Below, piece by piece: positions 26,336 to 39,460 of a stretch of DNA of 64,000 nucleotides. Position 1 is the first letter of the stretch. The number at the start of each line of letters is the position of its first letter. The stretch is from Malacoraja senta. Its lineage: Eukaryota. Made by a program: the position numbers and the translations under genes. The notes beneath the pieces were generated by a model, which was given only the letters and a program-made list of their open reading frames with translations, ran no database searches and was not told where the DNA came from. Location of the stretch: NCBI GenBank assembly GCA_038087875.1, contig CM075981.1:67580001-67644000 (forward strand), in the 5' to 3' direction.

Positions 26336-27305
26336 GGGTGCTTAATGGCTGGAGCGAAGCTTGATTGGCCGTGTGAGTATGACTAATATGACCATGCCCT
26401 CCAATTATTCATCAGCAATGGAGTGTGCATGACCATTTCCCCACCTTTTCGATTTGGTACAAGTTATTGCCTAACCCAAGTAAGAACTGCTCCTCTGCCT
26501 TAAGTTGTTTCACAGACTATGGCTGGAAGTATCCCCAGTGATATCCTCTAATGCCCCATTTCTATAGGTTACTCCCACCAGCTCAAGCTATGTTACCTGA
26601 TGACTATTCTTCATCCAGTGGAACCAGGTTTATTAATTGAATTGAGGCCCTTTAACAGGTCTATTTTTACCCAGCATTTAGATATCTGCAAACAACACTG
26701 TTCGAAGAAAACAAAGTTCATAGCATTTGTTTCGATGCACGAGTAATTTTATTGAATTGAGCCACTTGCCACTGTGTAAATGAGAGCAATCTTTAATTTC
26801 CAGAGTCTCCAAAAAACTTTGGATTGGCAAAAGCTCCATCAACAGTGAAAGATGCAGAAACCAAACTATTAGAGATTACAGAAACTAAACTATGTCAGTG
26901 ATATAGAATCTAGAGTGAGAAGCAAACTCTAAACTGTGCGGAGACTTTGAAACTCAAATACCAGAGAGAGAGGTGCAGAAACACAATTAAAAATGCAGAA
27001 ACTAAACTCTGATATAGACAGAAATGGAGCCGTGCAAACTAATGAAATCAACTCATGAGGGAGAAGGAAAAAGGATTTGCATCCTATATTGCCTTTAACA
27101 TAATTTGGGGGTATATCACATAGCATATGAACAAGAAAAATAAATAACCATTTGATACATTGGATTAGATCTTATCATTCAATAAGATCACAGCTAACTC
27201 TACACCTATCTACATTCCCATCTAATTACCATTCCCCTGGACCTCTTGGTAACCAAAGATCCGTAGATCTCACCCTTTTACATACACGATGAGTGTATAA
27301 CTATA

Positions 27306-27533
27306 TGTAGGAAGGAGCTGCAGATGCTGGTTTAAACCGAAGATAAACACAAAATGCTGGAGTAACTCAACGGGGCAGGCAGCATCTCTGGAGAGAAGGA
27401 ATGGGTTATGTTTCAGGTTGAGACCCTTCTTCAGACTGATGAAGAAGGGTCTCAACCTGAAACGTCACCCATTCCTTCTCTCCAGGGATGCTACCTGTCC
27501 CGCTGAGTTACTCCAGCGTTTTGTGTCCATCTT
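27306..27533. mobile_element. PLE-derived fold-back element, best-preserved two-arm copy, 15-bp TSD
   Basis: ~95-bp inverted arms meeting at CTTCAGACTGATGAAG; GAGTGTATAACTATA (27291-27305) / GAGTATATAACTATA (27534-27548). Confidence 0.9.
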
Positions 27534-28333
27534 GAGTATATAACTATAGTCTTCTGAGGTAGAGAATTCCAAATAGCTCTGCTCCAAAAAGGACCTGGTC
27601 ATTCCTGGATTGAATTTAGTAACTCTAAATTACACCTACTCCAATACTAGTATATCCTGCAGAGCCATCGATCCAGTGAGTCACTGCAGTTCAGAAACAG
27701 TTCATTCAGTCCATACCAACTCTCTGCAGAGCAATCCAGTTGGTCCCATTCCCCAGTTCCATTGCCTTGCAAGTTTATTTCCCTTCGATACCCATAATTT
27801 CCTTTCACAAGCAAAGATCTGTGGGTCCCAACAGTAAATATACTCAATAACTGTGCAACCATGCTCTTCAAAGGTAGGGCATATTAAAGATGTTAGTCTA
27901 TTTCTGTCCGATGCCTATCCAGTATTCTTTCACCATCCCGAGGTGGCAAATTCTTGATCTTTACCATTCATTATTCTTCATCACTATCCCCATGTCTTTT
28001 GCCCAAAACTTCAATTTATGTCCACCAGTACCAACAGATAATGGGACCAGTTATTTTTTAATCCATGTCATCAAAATCAATCTTAATCTAGTCTCTCAAC
28101 CTGGTCTCTAGTCCCAAATCTCCCTTCAACCACCTTTGCCCCAAGGAGAACTATCCCATCTTCTACACCTTGTAAATAAACTCGAGTAAGTCTCTATTTT
28201 CCCCTCTCAAGGAGTTGTCATGTCCATCCCAAAGTATAGTCACTAAACCTGGAGTCAGCACTCTGGCTGTGGATTAATCAGAGCTTTATGAAGGGTCAGC
28301 ATAATCTGACTGCTTTGTACTGAACACCTCTTT

Positions 28334-28511
28334 AAGAAGGAACTGCAGATGCTGGAAAATCGAAGGTAGACTAAAATGCTGGAGAAACTCAGCGGGTGAG
28401 GCAGCATCTATGGAGCAAAGGAAATAGGCAACGTTTCGGGTCGAAACCCTTCTTCAGACTGATGAAGGATTTCGACCCGAAATGGTGCCTATTTCCTTTG
28501 CCCTATAGATG
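28334..28511. mobile_element. Fold-back element of the second PLE subfamily (matches the 1338-1443 pLTR)
   Basis: GGAGAAACTCAGCGGGTGAGGCAGCATCTATGGAGC arm; hammerhead cores on both strands. Confidence 0.85.
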
Positions 28512-28764
28512 AAGCTCTGGATTCTTTATGTTTTACTAACTCCACTCAATATATATTTCCACCTACAAAGATCAGGGTACATGAATCCAGATCCCTTAGC
28601 TCCTTCACACACTTTAAAAATATGTTATCATCTATACTTCTTCTCCCTATCCCTTCCACCAAGATGCATCACCTCCCTCTCCTTGTATTAAATGTCATCT
28701 GCCACATATCTGCCCATTCAGCCAGAACTATCTCGATCCTGCTACAGTCAGTTGATACTTTTGG

Positions 28765-29022
28765 ACTTTAGAGATACAGCATGGAAACAGGTCCTTTGAC
28801 CCACCGAGTCCACACCGACCAGCGATCACCCCGTACACCAACACTATCCTACACACCAGGGACAATACAGAATTCACAGAAGCCAATTAACCTACAAACC
28901 CGCACGTCTCTTGAGTGTGGAGGAAACCGGAGCACCGGGAGAAAACCCATGCGGTCACAGGGAGAAGGTACAAACTGTGCAGACAGCACTCATAGTCAGG
29001 ATCGAACCCGGGTCTCTGGCAC
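28765..29022 (-). mobile_element. V-SINE/HE1-like SINE
   Basis: Reverse complement of the 23200-23497 family, including B-box GGTTCGATCC. Confidence 0.8.
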
Positions 29023-31152
29023 TTCTCTGGTTTCTCACAATTTGCCATTGTTTCGTGTTTGGTATCATCGGCAAATTTTGGAATGTTACTCTGTATTCCT
29101 AGATCCAAATCAGTTCCATGTATCTAAAGTAATGGATGCCCCGCAACAATCTTTTCAGAACAACACTGTGCACCCTGTTCATGTGTGAAAGAAAACAATT
29201 CACCACAACTTGCTATTTTCTGTCCTCAACAAAATCTTTTTCCTCCATGAGCTTCAAATTAGTTAACTGTCCTTTTCCATAGGCTCTCTTTAAATTCATA
29301 CCGAAAATGTTCATAGCTTTCCCTTCACCAACATTTAATGTTCTATCATCAAAAAATTAATTAGGCTACTCAATCATGATCTACTTTTTACAATCCAGTC
29401 CAGGCTCTCCTTTATTAACTCAAACCTGTCCAAGAGCCTGCATTTTCCTCCCTATGTCCTTACTTGTCAGGCCAGTAGTTACTGGGATCATCCTTACTCC
29501 CATTCCGAAACACAGGTGTCACTTTTGCCATCTCCCAATGCTCAGGCACTTTTCACACGTGTAGTAGGGAGGATTGGAGACCATGACAAGCTCTTCTACT
29601 CTCTCCACCCCATTTCCCTAAGCAACCGAAGATGTAAGCCATCAGGAGACATAACTAAACATACCCAGCCTTTCCAAATCTTTTTTTCCTCAGTTGTGGA
29701 GATTGAATACTCCAGTCATTATAGCAAGAAACATAGGAATAGGAGTGCAGGCATGGCAGAAGTAAGCCCAGGTAACTGCAGGCTGGATAGCCTTACTTCA
29801 GTGGTAGATAATTATTCAACATTCTAAGGTATGGAGTTTTTCAGGTATCAAAAATCAAGAAGGCATGAGTTTAAAGTGAAAGGATGAACATATAAAGGGA
29901 AATAGAAGGGTATGTTTATACACCGAGCGAGAGTTTGATATATGAAACTTGCTGCCAGAGGAGGTAGTGAAATCACATACAAACAACATACAATTATTAC
30001 CTTTAAGAAGCATTTTGTCATATGGGCAGGGTACAGAAGGATATGGACCAAATGCAGGCGAATAGAATTAATGTTGATGGTCAAAAAGGTTAGCATGGAT
30101 ATGGTGCACTGAAGGTCCTGCTTTGTGCTGTACTATTCCACTGCTCCACGAGTCGACTATTTGCCCCTCCCTCCTGTTCTGTCATTGATCAAGATCATGG
30201 CTAATCTTCTCCCTCAATGTCATTTTCTGTCACTGTCCCCATATCCCTTGATTCCCTTAGTATACAGAAACCTCTTGATCTCTGCCTTGCATGACCTCAA
30301 TGACTGAATGTGTCCAGCCATCTAGGTTGAAGAACTCAAACGGTTTATCACTCTTGAAATGAAGAAGCATCTGTTGGTCTCAGCCCCTCGTTCAAAGTCT
30401 CTGACCCATAGGTTCTAGACACCTCATTCAGGGGAAATGTTCTCCCACATTGATTCTGGAAAAAATGTTGTACTCCAGGGCCTGTTTCACCACAGCCCTG
30501 TGTAAATGTAGTATCCCTTCCTTACGTTGTATTCAATTTCCATTTCAATGAAAGCCTGTGTTCCATTTGGCTTCCCAATGGCTTGCTGTACCCGCAATCA
30601 TATGTTACCATATGTTAATCATAGCTAACCTTTGTACACCCATATTTAGCAGTTTCATACAAGTGTTGTTAAATTATCAGCACAGAACCCCGTAATTAAT
30701 GCAAAATTAAAACAATTTAAGTTTTAGCCTGTTAATTGTGCACATTGATGTCAAAAACAGCACAGCTTAAAATGTAATTTTAAAATGTAACTTACCTGCA
30801 GATGTTGATCTTTGACCTGCTGCGTATTTGCGAGAGACTTCCCCAAAATGCACGGTGGCGAAGAGGTGAAGGCTGCAAAGGTGCATGCATCCGCTGCATC
30901 ACCTGCTGGGTTCTGCAACATGGAACAAGGGAAATGGCGGCTCGCACCCTTCAGCTCCAACTGCTACTGCCAGGTGAACCTGTTGAGCAACAGGACCCTG
31001 AGAGGACAGGGAGAGAGAGTGGGTGGAGGGACAGCGGAGGGAACATGGAGGAGATAAAGGAGGGAAAGAAGAGGGAGAAAGGAAGGAAAAGAAGAAAGAG
31101 TGGGAAGAGAGTGGAGGAAGAGGGGAAGATGGAGGATTGTGGTAGGTGGATG

Positions 31153-31912
31153 ACAATAGACAATAGGTGTAGGAGTAGGCCATTCGGCCCTTCAAGCCAG
31201 CACCGCCATTCACTGTGACCATGGCTGATCATCCACAATCAGTACCCTGTTTCTGCCTTCTCCCCATATCCCCTGACTCCGCTATCTTTAAGAGCTCAAT
31301 CTAACTCTCTCTTGAAAGCATCCAGAGAATTGGCCTCCACTGGCATCTGAGGCAGAGAATTCCACAGATTCACAACCCTCTCCTCATCTCCGTTCTAAAT
31401 GTCTTACCCCTTATTTTTAAACTGTGGCCCCTGGTTCTATACTCCCCCAACATCGGGAACATGTTTCCTGCCTCTATCGTGTCCAAACCCTTAATAATCT
31501 TATATGTTTCAATAAGATTCCCTCTCATCCTTCTAATTTCAAGAGTATACAAGCCCAGCCGCTCCATTCTATCAACATATGACAGTCCCGCCATCCCGGG
31601 AATTAACCTTGTGAACCTATGCTGCACTCCCTCAATAGCAAGAATGTCCTTCCTCAAATTTGGAGACCAAAACTGCACACAATACTCCAGGTGTGGTCTC
31701 ACTAAGGCCCTGTACAACTGCAGAAGAAACACTTTGCTCCTGTCCTTAACACCTCTTGTTATGAAGACCAACATGCCATTCGCTTTCTTCACTGCCTGCT
31801 GTACCTGCATGCTTACTTTCAGTGACTGATGAACAAGGACACCCAGATCTCATTGTACTTCCCCATTTCCCAACTTGACCATTCAGATAATAATCTGCCT
31901 TCCTGTTTTTGG
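31153..31912 (-). mobile_element. CR1 LINE 3' portion (ORF2 C-terminus), (ACAATAG)n tail
   Basis: KKANGML...LYRALVRPHLEYCVQFWSP...RGNLIETYKIIKG...RTRGHSLKI. Confidence 0.92.
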
Positions 31913-31914
31913 AA

Positions 31915-32280
31915 GAAATGCGGGTAACATAGTCATGCAGCTGGTAGTGCTGCCGCCTCACCATTCCAGCAACATAGGTGTAATCCTGACCCTAGATGAT
32001 GTCTATGTTGAGCTTGAACATTCTCATTGTGATCATTTGGGTTTCTTTGGGGTGCTCCGATTTCCTCCCACATCCCAAGGACATGTAGGTTGGTAAGTTA
32101 ATTGACCACTGCAGATTGTCCCATGTAAGTGAGTGATAGCATTTGGAGAGGAGTTGATGAGGTTAATGTAAGATTAGTATAAATGGGTGGGTGATGACTG
32201 GTCTGGGCTCTGCAGGGGAGTTGGGGGGGGGGGGTGGGAGGGCTGAATGGCCTGCTTCCATGATGTATGCCGGTATGACA
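31915..32280 (+). mobile_element. Diverged V-SINE-like element
   Basis: Central domain TTTCCTCCCACATCCCAAGGAC; CR1-type tail. Confidence 0.6.
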
Positions 32281-32457
32281 TTACAGGAGGCAGAGAAAGA
32301 GAGGGTTTGACAAAGAGAGGCAAGCTGCAGCTGTGGCCAAAAAAGGGGGAGGGGCTGCAGCCCTCACAGACCCCCCCCCCCCCCTCTCCCCCTGGTTCTG
32401 CAGCCCATGCTTAGTGCCTTAACTTTGCAACGAGTGTACCAGATTACATGATAATAT

Positions 32458-32664
32458 TGTGTGGGAAGGAACTGCATATGGTGGTTTTCACCAAAGATAG
32501 AAACAAAATGCTGGAGTAACTCAGCAGGTCAGACAGCATCTGGAGAGAAGGAATGGGTGACGTTTTGGGTCACGAGGTCTCGAGTCGACCTGAAATGTCA
32601 CCCATTCCTTCCCTCCAGAGATGCTGCCTGTCCTGCTGAGTTACTCCCATATTTTGTGTCTATC
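32458..32664. mobile_element. PLE-derived fold-back element
   Basis: Inverted arms; possible TSD TACATGATAATA / TACATAATGATA. Confidence 0.8.
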
Positions 32665-34300
32665 TACATAATGATAAGGTCATGGTTATCAACACTGGTT
32701 TGAGGGGTGATGGGATGTGCAAGAGGCCAGAACTGGGGGAATAGTGAGGTATGAGGATTGTAGGACTGCACAAGTAATTTGCACAGATGAGGGAAATATG
32801 CCAATGGAGGGAAATGATCCTAGTGAGATTTTTTTTATTTATATCATTAACTATTATAAGGACAACACATTTTTTGCTGTACCATTCATAAAATTTGAAT
32901 GGTATTCTATGTTTCTATTCTTCCAAAATGGCTTAAAAGGGCTCAGTAATAATGAGTACTGAAAGGCAGGTCAACAAAACAAACTGAGGTAAAATGTCCA
33001 AACTGTAAAATACATAAAAATGATTGAAGTGAAACAAAATATGAACTGAAGGTGAAACAGAAGCTATATTATCAAGGCGAAGCAGACACACAGGTGTAAG
33101 AAATTCAAAATATGACTCGAGATAGAAAATTCTACCATAAAATGAAAATAACATTGAGACATACAGTATCTAAACAGTGTGATTCCAAAACAGACAACGT
33201 TTGGAAATCTGAACTCCAGGAGAGCTACAAATATGAAACGGTAGTGAATACTTGGAAAATAAACTGAGTGATACACAAAAACTGAAATAGATAAATGAAA
33301 ACTGCAATGTTTATTTATATTGTGGCTTTAATGTAGTGCAATGTGCTGATGACCTGAACCACAAAGTAATCATGGGATGACATAAACATCAACTTTGTCA
33401 CCAAAAGGGGACCTTCAGAGAGGTGGCGAGCACTAAAAGGATGAGACCAAAACCCGAGGAGTAAATAGTGGAAGGAATGCATAACAGAAGTGAAATGATG
33501 AAAATCAGGAGTGTGAAAAACCAGACTCGAAGCAATGCAGGGATCTAACAGGACTCAATGAGTTGACAAAGATAAAAATGATTGAGGTCAAGGAAGGATT
33601 TGAAAGCAGGGTGAAAATGTTAAAATGGAAATGTTAGTGGACCAGGAGCCAGTGTGGATCAGTGAGCACAGGGGCGATGGATTCTGGAGTTTCATGTAAG
33701 AGGACAACTAGAACAACCTAGCAGAAAGATCAAAACCTGAGAGACAGCAACTAAGCCAAGATTGAAATCAGTGAAATATTGAATATAAAATGTGAGCTGC
33801 AAAGCTAACTCATTTATAGGAAAAGAGGGAGTGTAGAATTAAACCATAAGCTATGCAGAGAAAAATGTGAATCAGATGTGAATGTAATGGATCTATCAAA
33901 AGGATCTACAGGAGTCACTGCCTCAAAAAGGCAACCATCATCATTAGCAGAGACCCACACTACCCTGACCGCACATTCAGTTCACTCCTGAATGAAATTG
34001 CAGTAATGAGCAAACCAGGTTAGTTGCAAGGCCATAGTGTTGGGCATGAGCAGGTGAACAGGATTTATTCCGTCAGGAAGCAGCCTGTGGAAGTTTGGAG
34101 AGGGCACGCTTGAGAAAGAGAGAATGAGAGACATCAACTGAACAAAAAACAAACAAAAAAACTATCAAGGAGGTGTAAAAATTAAACTGGGATACAAGCA
34201 TAGAAAGTGACCATTGAGAGATACAGAAACTGGACTGGAGGTGAAACGGATTGCAAACATGTTACTAACATTATATTGAAAACTGAGTTTTGAGCACAGC

Positions 34301-34500
34301 AGATAGACACAAAATGCTGGAGTAACTCAGTGGGACAGGCAGTATCTCTGGATAGAAGGAATGGGTAACATTTCAGGTCAAGACCATTCGTCTGAAGAAC
34401 CAAAACTCACCCATTCCTTCTCATTCCTGTCCCACTGAGTTACTGCAGCATGCTGTGCCTCTCCTTGGTGTAAACCAGCATCTGAAGTTCTTTCCTACAT
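34301..34500. mobile_element. PLE-derived fold-back element (decayed)
   Basis: Inverted arms around CCATTCGTCTGAAGAA. Confidence 0.75.
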
Positions 34501-35639
34501 GTGTTATGCACCATTCTGGGTTGCTGCACAGAAAGATGTGGTTACACTGGAGAGTACAGAGGAGATGCAACAGGGCATTGTATTGATTGAAGGACATCAG
34601 TTATGGGGAGAGGTTGGTAGGGGTGCATTTATTTCCCCTGGAGACCAAGAAGTGAGCTGATGTAAAATTATAAGAGGGCAAGATAGGGTAGAATCTTTCA
34701 CCCTCGGTAGAGAAATTAAAAGGAAAACATCTGTTTAAGGTGAGCAGAAGGAGGTCTCACCTCGGAGGAATTTGAGATTAAAGTTTCTTTTACACAGAGA
34801 ATGGTAACTGGATGCACAGTACAGTCCCTCGGAGTAACGTATAGTATGGTATCTGGAACTCCCTGACAGAGGAATCAAGTGAAGTGTATTGTCATGTTCA
34901 CAAGTGCAGCTGAGATTCAGGTACAAAGAAAATCTTGCTTTCAGCAGAATCACAGGCACAGACTCAGCCAACACATAATATATTATACATAAATGACACA
35001 AATTTACAGAAGAGTGAAAAGAAAAAAATTGCGCAAATACAAGGTATCAGGGCAAACAAAAACAACCGGTGAAGTCAGACACAAACATTACATTTAAGAG
35101 GAATTTCTACAGGCACTTAGACGGTCAAGTTGTGTCGAGTTTATTGCTGTATGCACAGGAACTATGAGGTACAGGTAAATAGGCTAGACAGAGCCATGGG
35201 CAGAAGGCAGACAAATGGAATGAACGTAGATGGGCATAAAGGTAGGCGAATGGCCCGTTTCTGTGTTGTACAACCTATGACACAGACGGTACAAGAAATG
35301 GTTACTAAAATGTCATACAGGGGGTAGTAGAAATGTAAGCAATGTCGGAGCAGGAAGTAAACCGAGACAAGACAGTCGGTCGGACGTGCCCAATAATGTT
35401 GAACTTCAGGGAGGGGGAGAGGAAGAGGGTAAAAGATGGGCGAGTGTAAACCTTTTGGTCAGAGCGATTGGGGGGGGGGGGGGTTGCGAGAAAAATAAAA
35501 TAAAACCGACAGGCAAAAAACGCAGGCAGGGGTGGGGGTGGGGGTAAAAGGAAACTTGTGAGGAGACAAGAAGTGTGTGCACCAGAGAGAGAGAGAGAGG
35601 GGGAGTCCCTTTAACCCGGGACTGGTCACCCATCTCCGG

Positions 35640-35855
35640 TGGTGAATCTGTGGAATTATTTGTCACGGAAGGCTGTGGAGGTTCAGTGGATATTTTTAAG
35701 GCATAGATAGATTCTTGATTTGTACAGGTGTCAGATGTTATGGGGAACAGGCAGGAGAATAGGGTTAGGGTTGGGGTTGGGGGGGGAGGGGTAGATTGAA
35801 TGCGGAGTAGACTTGTTGGGCCGAATGGCCAAAATCTGCTCCTATCACATGATCT
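35640..35855 (+). mobile_element. CR1 3' end
   Basis: GGTGAATCTGTGGAATT...GGGCCGAATGGCC tail. Confidence 0.75.
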
Positions 35856-38800
35856 TAAAGATCTCCCGGGCAGGACGTCTCCGCACCTCACTAACTCCAA
35901 CTCTCCAGCAGTGCGGGACGGAGGGTCAGTGCTCCCGGAGTCAGTCTCTCCGTCTCGGCAGAGAGAACAAAACGTATCCAGCCGGCAGACAGCCCAGTGC
36001 ATCGACTGAAGCGGGCTCGCTGTTAAATGAGATTTCATCGCCATATGGCCTCTGTCTCGATTGTTTTTCTTTAAGAATGGGAATTAATCAAGTAGCACAT
36101 GGTCCCATTGAACCCCCGTAACAATCAGATCAAAGGGACGGGCCACGTCGGTCTCTTAATTAACTTCCCCTCGCTGCTTCAAAACTTCATCATGGCCAGC
36201 GGATTTCTCATACATTGAGGAAGTTCTTTCGCGAAGGTCAAACTTTGTGATCCGTCCTCTCAATGACATGGAACTACCTTGGGTGTAAGTTGGCTGGAGG
36301 GAGAAGGGGAGGGAAAGTTTGAGAGGGAGTGGGCTTTGGGGGAGGCCGGCGTCGAAAGAGATGGGAGAGGGATGGAGAGGCGGCAGGATGAAGAAGAGCG
36401 GAGAAGGAGAGGGAAATGGGGTGAGGAAGGAAAGCGGGAGGGAATGTTGTTGAGAAAGACAGAAGGTGAGGTATGAGAAAGGGGGAAGACGAAGATATAC
36501 AAGGGGATGGCAGGTGCGGAGTATTCATGGTAAGGGGCGAAAATGGGAGATAAATCACGGGAGATGACGGCGAGGAGGCGGCTAGGATTGGTGAAAGGTC
36601 GCGAAGAACCGGACAGAGAACATGAATGTTAATTAGAGGGAAATATATTTAAAATGTGAAGAGAGAACCAGACGTGAAATGGGAAAAATAAACCGGACAA
36701 ATGACAAAACTAAACCTGCGAGGCTGCTTGTGGTATGAGATTAGATGGAAACGGAAAGTTGCTGTGAATTGCTACCTGGCCCCAACATTGCTTTTGATCC
36801 GGTGACCAGAGCATTCTGCAGTAATCTTGTTGCTCGAGCTTTCATTAAATATCCTTGAGCTCCATTCTATTCTTTGATAATGCTCCGGCCTCAGCACTTA
36901 AAGTGATTATCCATTCAGCTGATGTGTTTAATTGAAACAAATGCTCTCCCTGCGCCCCCCTCCCTCCCTCCCCCTCATCGAGACCTTCCTTCCACATATA
37001 GTTAGTGTCAGTGCGAGACTGGTGTGCGCGGCCACCCGCTGTACAAGTGACCCTATCTCTTCCCCCTCTCTCCGATCCCCATTTCCTTCTCGAGTGTTGG
37101 GATTATCCACGTTCCCGAAATGGACAGAGAGATTGGAATCACCAGACCATCGTTTCCGTGTAACCGAAGTAGGTTCTTAAATGGAACGAATGCACTTGTG
37201 CCTCCCCTGCATAACCTTTGTTAATCTGAGCCTGTCCAGTCCAGATATGTGCCGTTTGAACCGCCTGGGAACTGTGGAGTAAAGCGCTTTTAGATAAGAA
37301 TGTATTTCAATTAGCACCAACCCAACCGCTCTCTATCCGCCTCTTTTAATGTTTAAACCTCTCCCCGCCCCCGCCGCTATAAATTTACCAGAATCCTCCA
37401 TCAAAGTAGCTCGGAAACGTCTCCTGGGTCACGGAGATTGTTGTCTGATTTCACCCGGTCTGTAGCAAGCTTCCAACAACATATCTCAGTCCATTTCTCC
37501 TTTCCAAAATGTTATCTGCAACGAAGACGAGGTCCTCTCCAACAGGAAAATGGAACTGTTCAGATTCCTCGGAGGATTTTATGACTTTCGAAAATGCGCG
37601 TAGATTCATTTGGGAAAGATGTCTTTCCTAAGGCTGATCTGATTTAAAGCCCAGGATAAACCCACCACGGATTTTATGAACGTTGCCATTGGTCCAGTCT
37701 GATGTATCCGTTGCTTAAATCCAATTTATCATCAAACTCAATCTTCTAACCCCAACCTTCCAAATCCTGCACACCAAACCTATCAAACCTCTGGGCACAA
37801 TTCATGGTCACCATCAGCAAAGCCTTGCCCCAAATGTTTTACATGTACTGTCTAATCTCAATACACTGTCATTACTGAGCAACCTATTCCAAATTTACAA
37901 TAAATAACAGGCCATACCAATTACTCTAACTATCAAACTACCTAATCACAACAGACTGTGTCATAGACTAATCATCTAATGCAAATATACTGTGGGGAGT
38001 CAACACTCCATCTGATGCGCAGTATGATGCACCTACTAATTTAAAACAAAATGCTGGATGCAGATGATATCTGTGCATTTATTCACCATTCTTATTGCAT
38101 TATAATTACTGTGGAAAGCTCTGGGCCCAATGCAGGTGGGATTAGTATAAATGGGTGCAACTGCTGAAGTGGACAAGATGGGCTATAGGGTCTGTTTCTG
38201 CCATGAGTTTGTAAAAAAAAAATGGTGCTGAGCTGCTTTCTTAAACAAGTGTGGTCCATATGTATAGACAGTTCCATAGTACCATGAGGTACAGGGTTCA
38301 GGATTAGATCAAATGACACAGAAGGATCAGCGGTATAACTGACTGGTAAGGAAGGTGTGTGATATTTTTCAAAAGAGAGTTAGATTTAGCTCTTGTGGCC
38401 AAGGGATATGGGGGAAAAGCAGGGAAAGGGTTCTGATTTTAGATGATCAGCCATGATTATATTTAATGGCTCGAAGGGCCGAAGGGCCTACTCCTGCACC
38501 TATTTTCTTCTGTTTTCTATGTATCTATGTTTCCATATGGAGAGGTACCTGCAAGGATGTTATTCCGGTCCTTGCCACCACTGTTCCTACAGATTGTGGC
38601 CAGGTATCTGGGAGGCATGTTGAAGAAGCTTTGGTAATTATTCCAGTGCACCTTGTAGTTGTGATGCACTGTAGGTGAGGAATGGTGGAATGAGTGATGG
38701 TTTTGGGTGGTGACTGGGGTGATGGTCGGCAGCTATTTAGAACTGGATCGTCTAGAGCTAGTTGAGTGTTGCTGGAGCTGTACTCATCCTCGCAAGCATT

Positions 38801-39099
38801 CCACCACACTCCTGATGGACCAACATTGGAAAGAACATGGAAAATGGTGGAGTAACTCAGCAGGGTAGGCAGCATCTATGGAGAAAAAGAACTGGCGATG
38901 TTTCAGGTTAAGACCCTTACTACAGACTGAAAGTCAAGGGAGAGGAAAACTAGAAGTATGGAAAGGGAAGACCAAGTCACGCTGCAAAACACCCAGCTTC
39001 AGCTCTGCTTTTCGTGATTGAATGTCAGATAGACTCGCTGGTCCGAATGGCCTAATTCTACTCCTATAACTTGCGAATATTTACCATGCCTCACCCAAT

Positions 39100-39460
39100 A
39101 TGGAGAGCCTTTACACTGCGACAAACAATCTAGTTGTTTACACTGGAGCAACAAGTTTGGGGAATATTTATACTGTGGCTCCCTATCTGGGGACTGTACA
39201 TTGTAAAATAAAATCTGGGGATTATTTGCACTGAGAAGCCAATCCAGGGCTGTTTACAAAATAGTTCTCAATAGGGATAGAGTTTACACTGGGGCTCAAA
39301 CTGTGAAGTAAATGCAGGGACTACAGTATTTACAATTTTGACACTATCTCTGGGCTGTTTACATCAAATGCTCAATATTGGGACTGTTTAAATTGTGGCA
39401 GTGAATAAAGGGACCTCCATACTGTGGCACTGAATGTATGAAATGTTTACAATGTAGAGC
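39100..39460. repeat. Degenerate ~30-bp minisatellite, ~12 units
   Basis: Recurring GGGACTGTTTACACTGTGG-like unit at ~29-30 nt spacing. Confidence 0.6.

Noticed and set aside
27306-27533. Fold-back elements as miRNA precursors or DNA-transposon MITEs
   Set aside because: Arms match PLE 3' pLTR sequence, are asymmetric, and have variable 11-16 bp TSDs.
35406-36044. 212-aa minus-strand ORF
   Set aside because: Runs through a CR1 fragment and homopolymer tracts; low complexity; no homology recognised.
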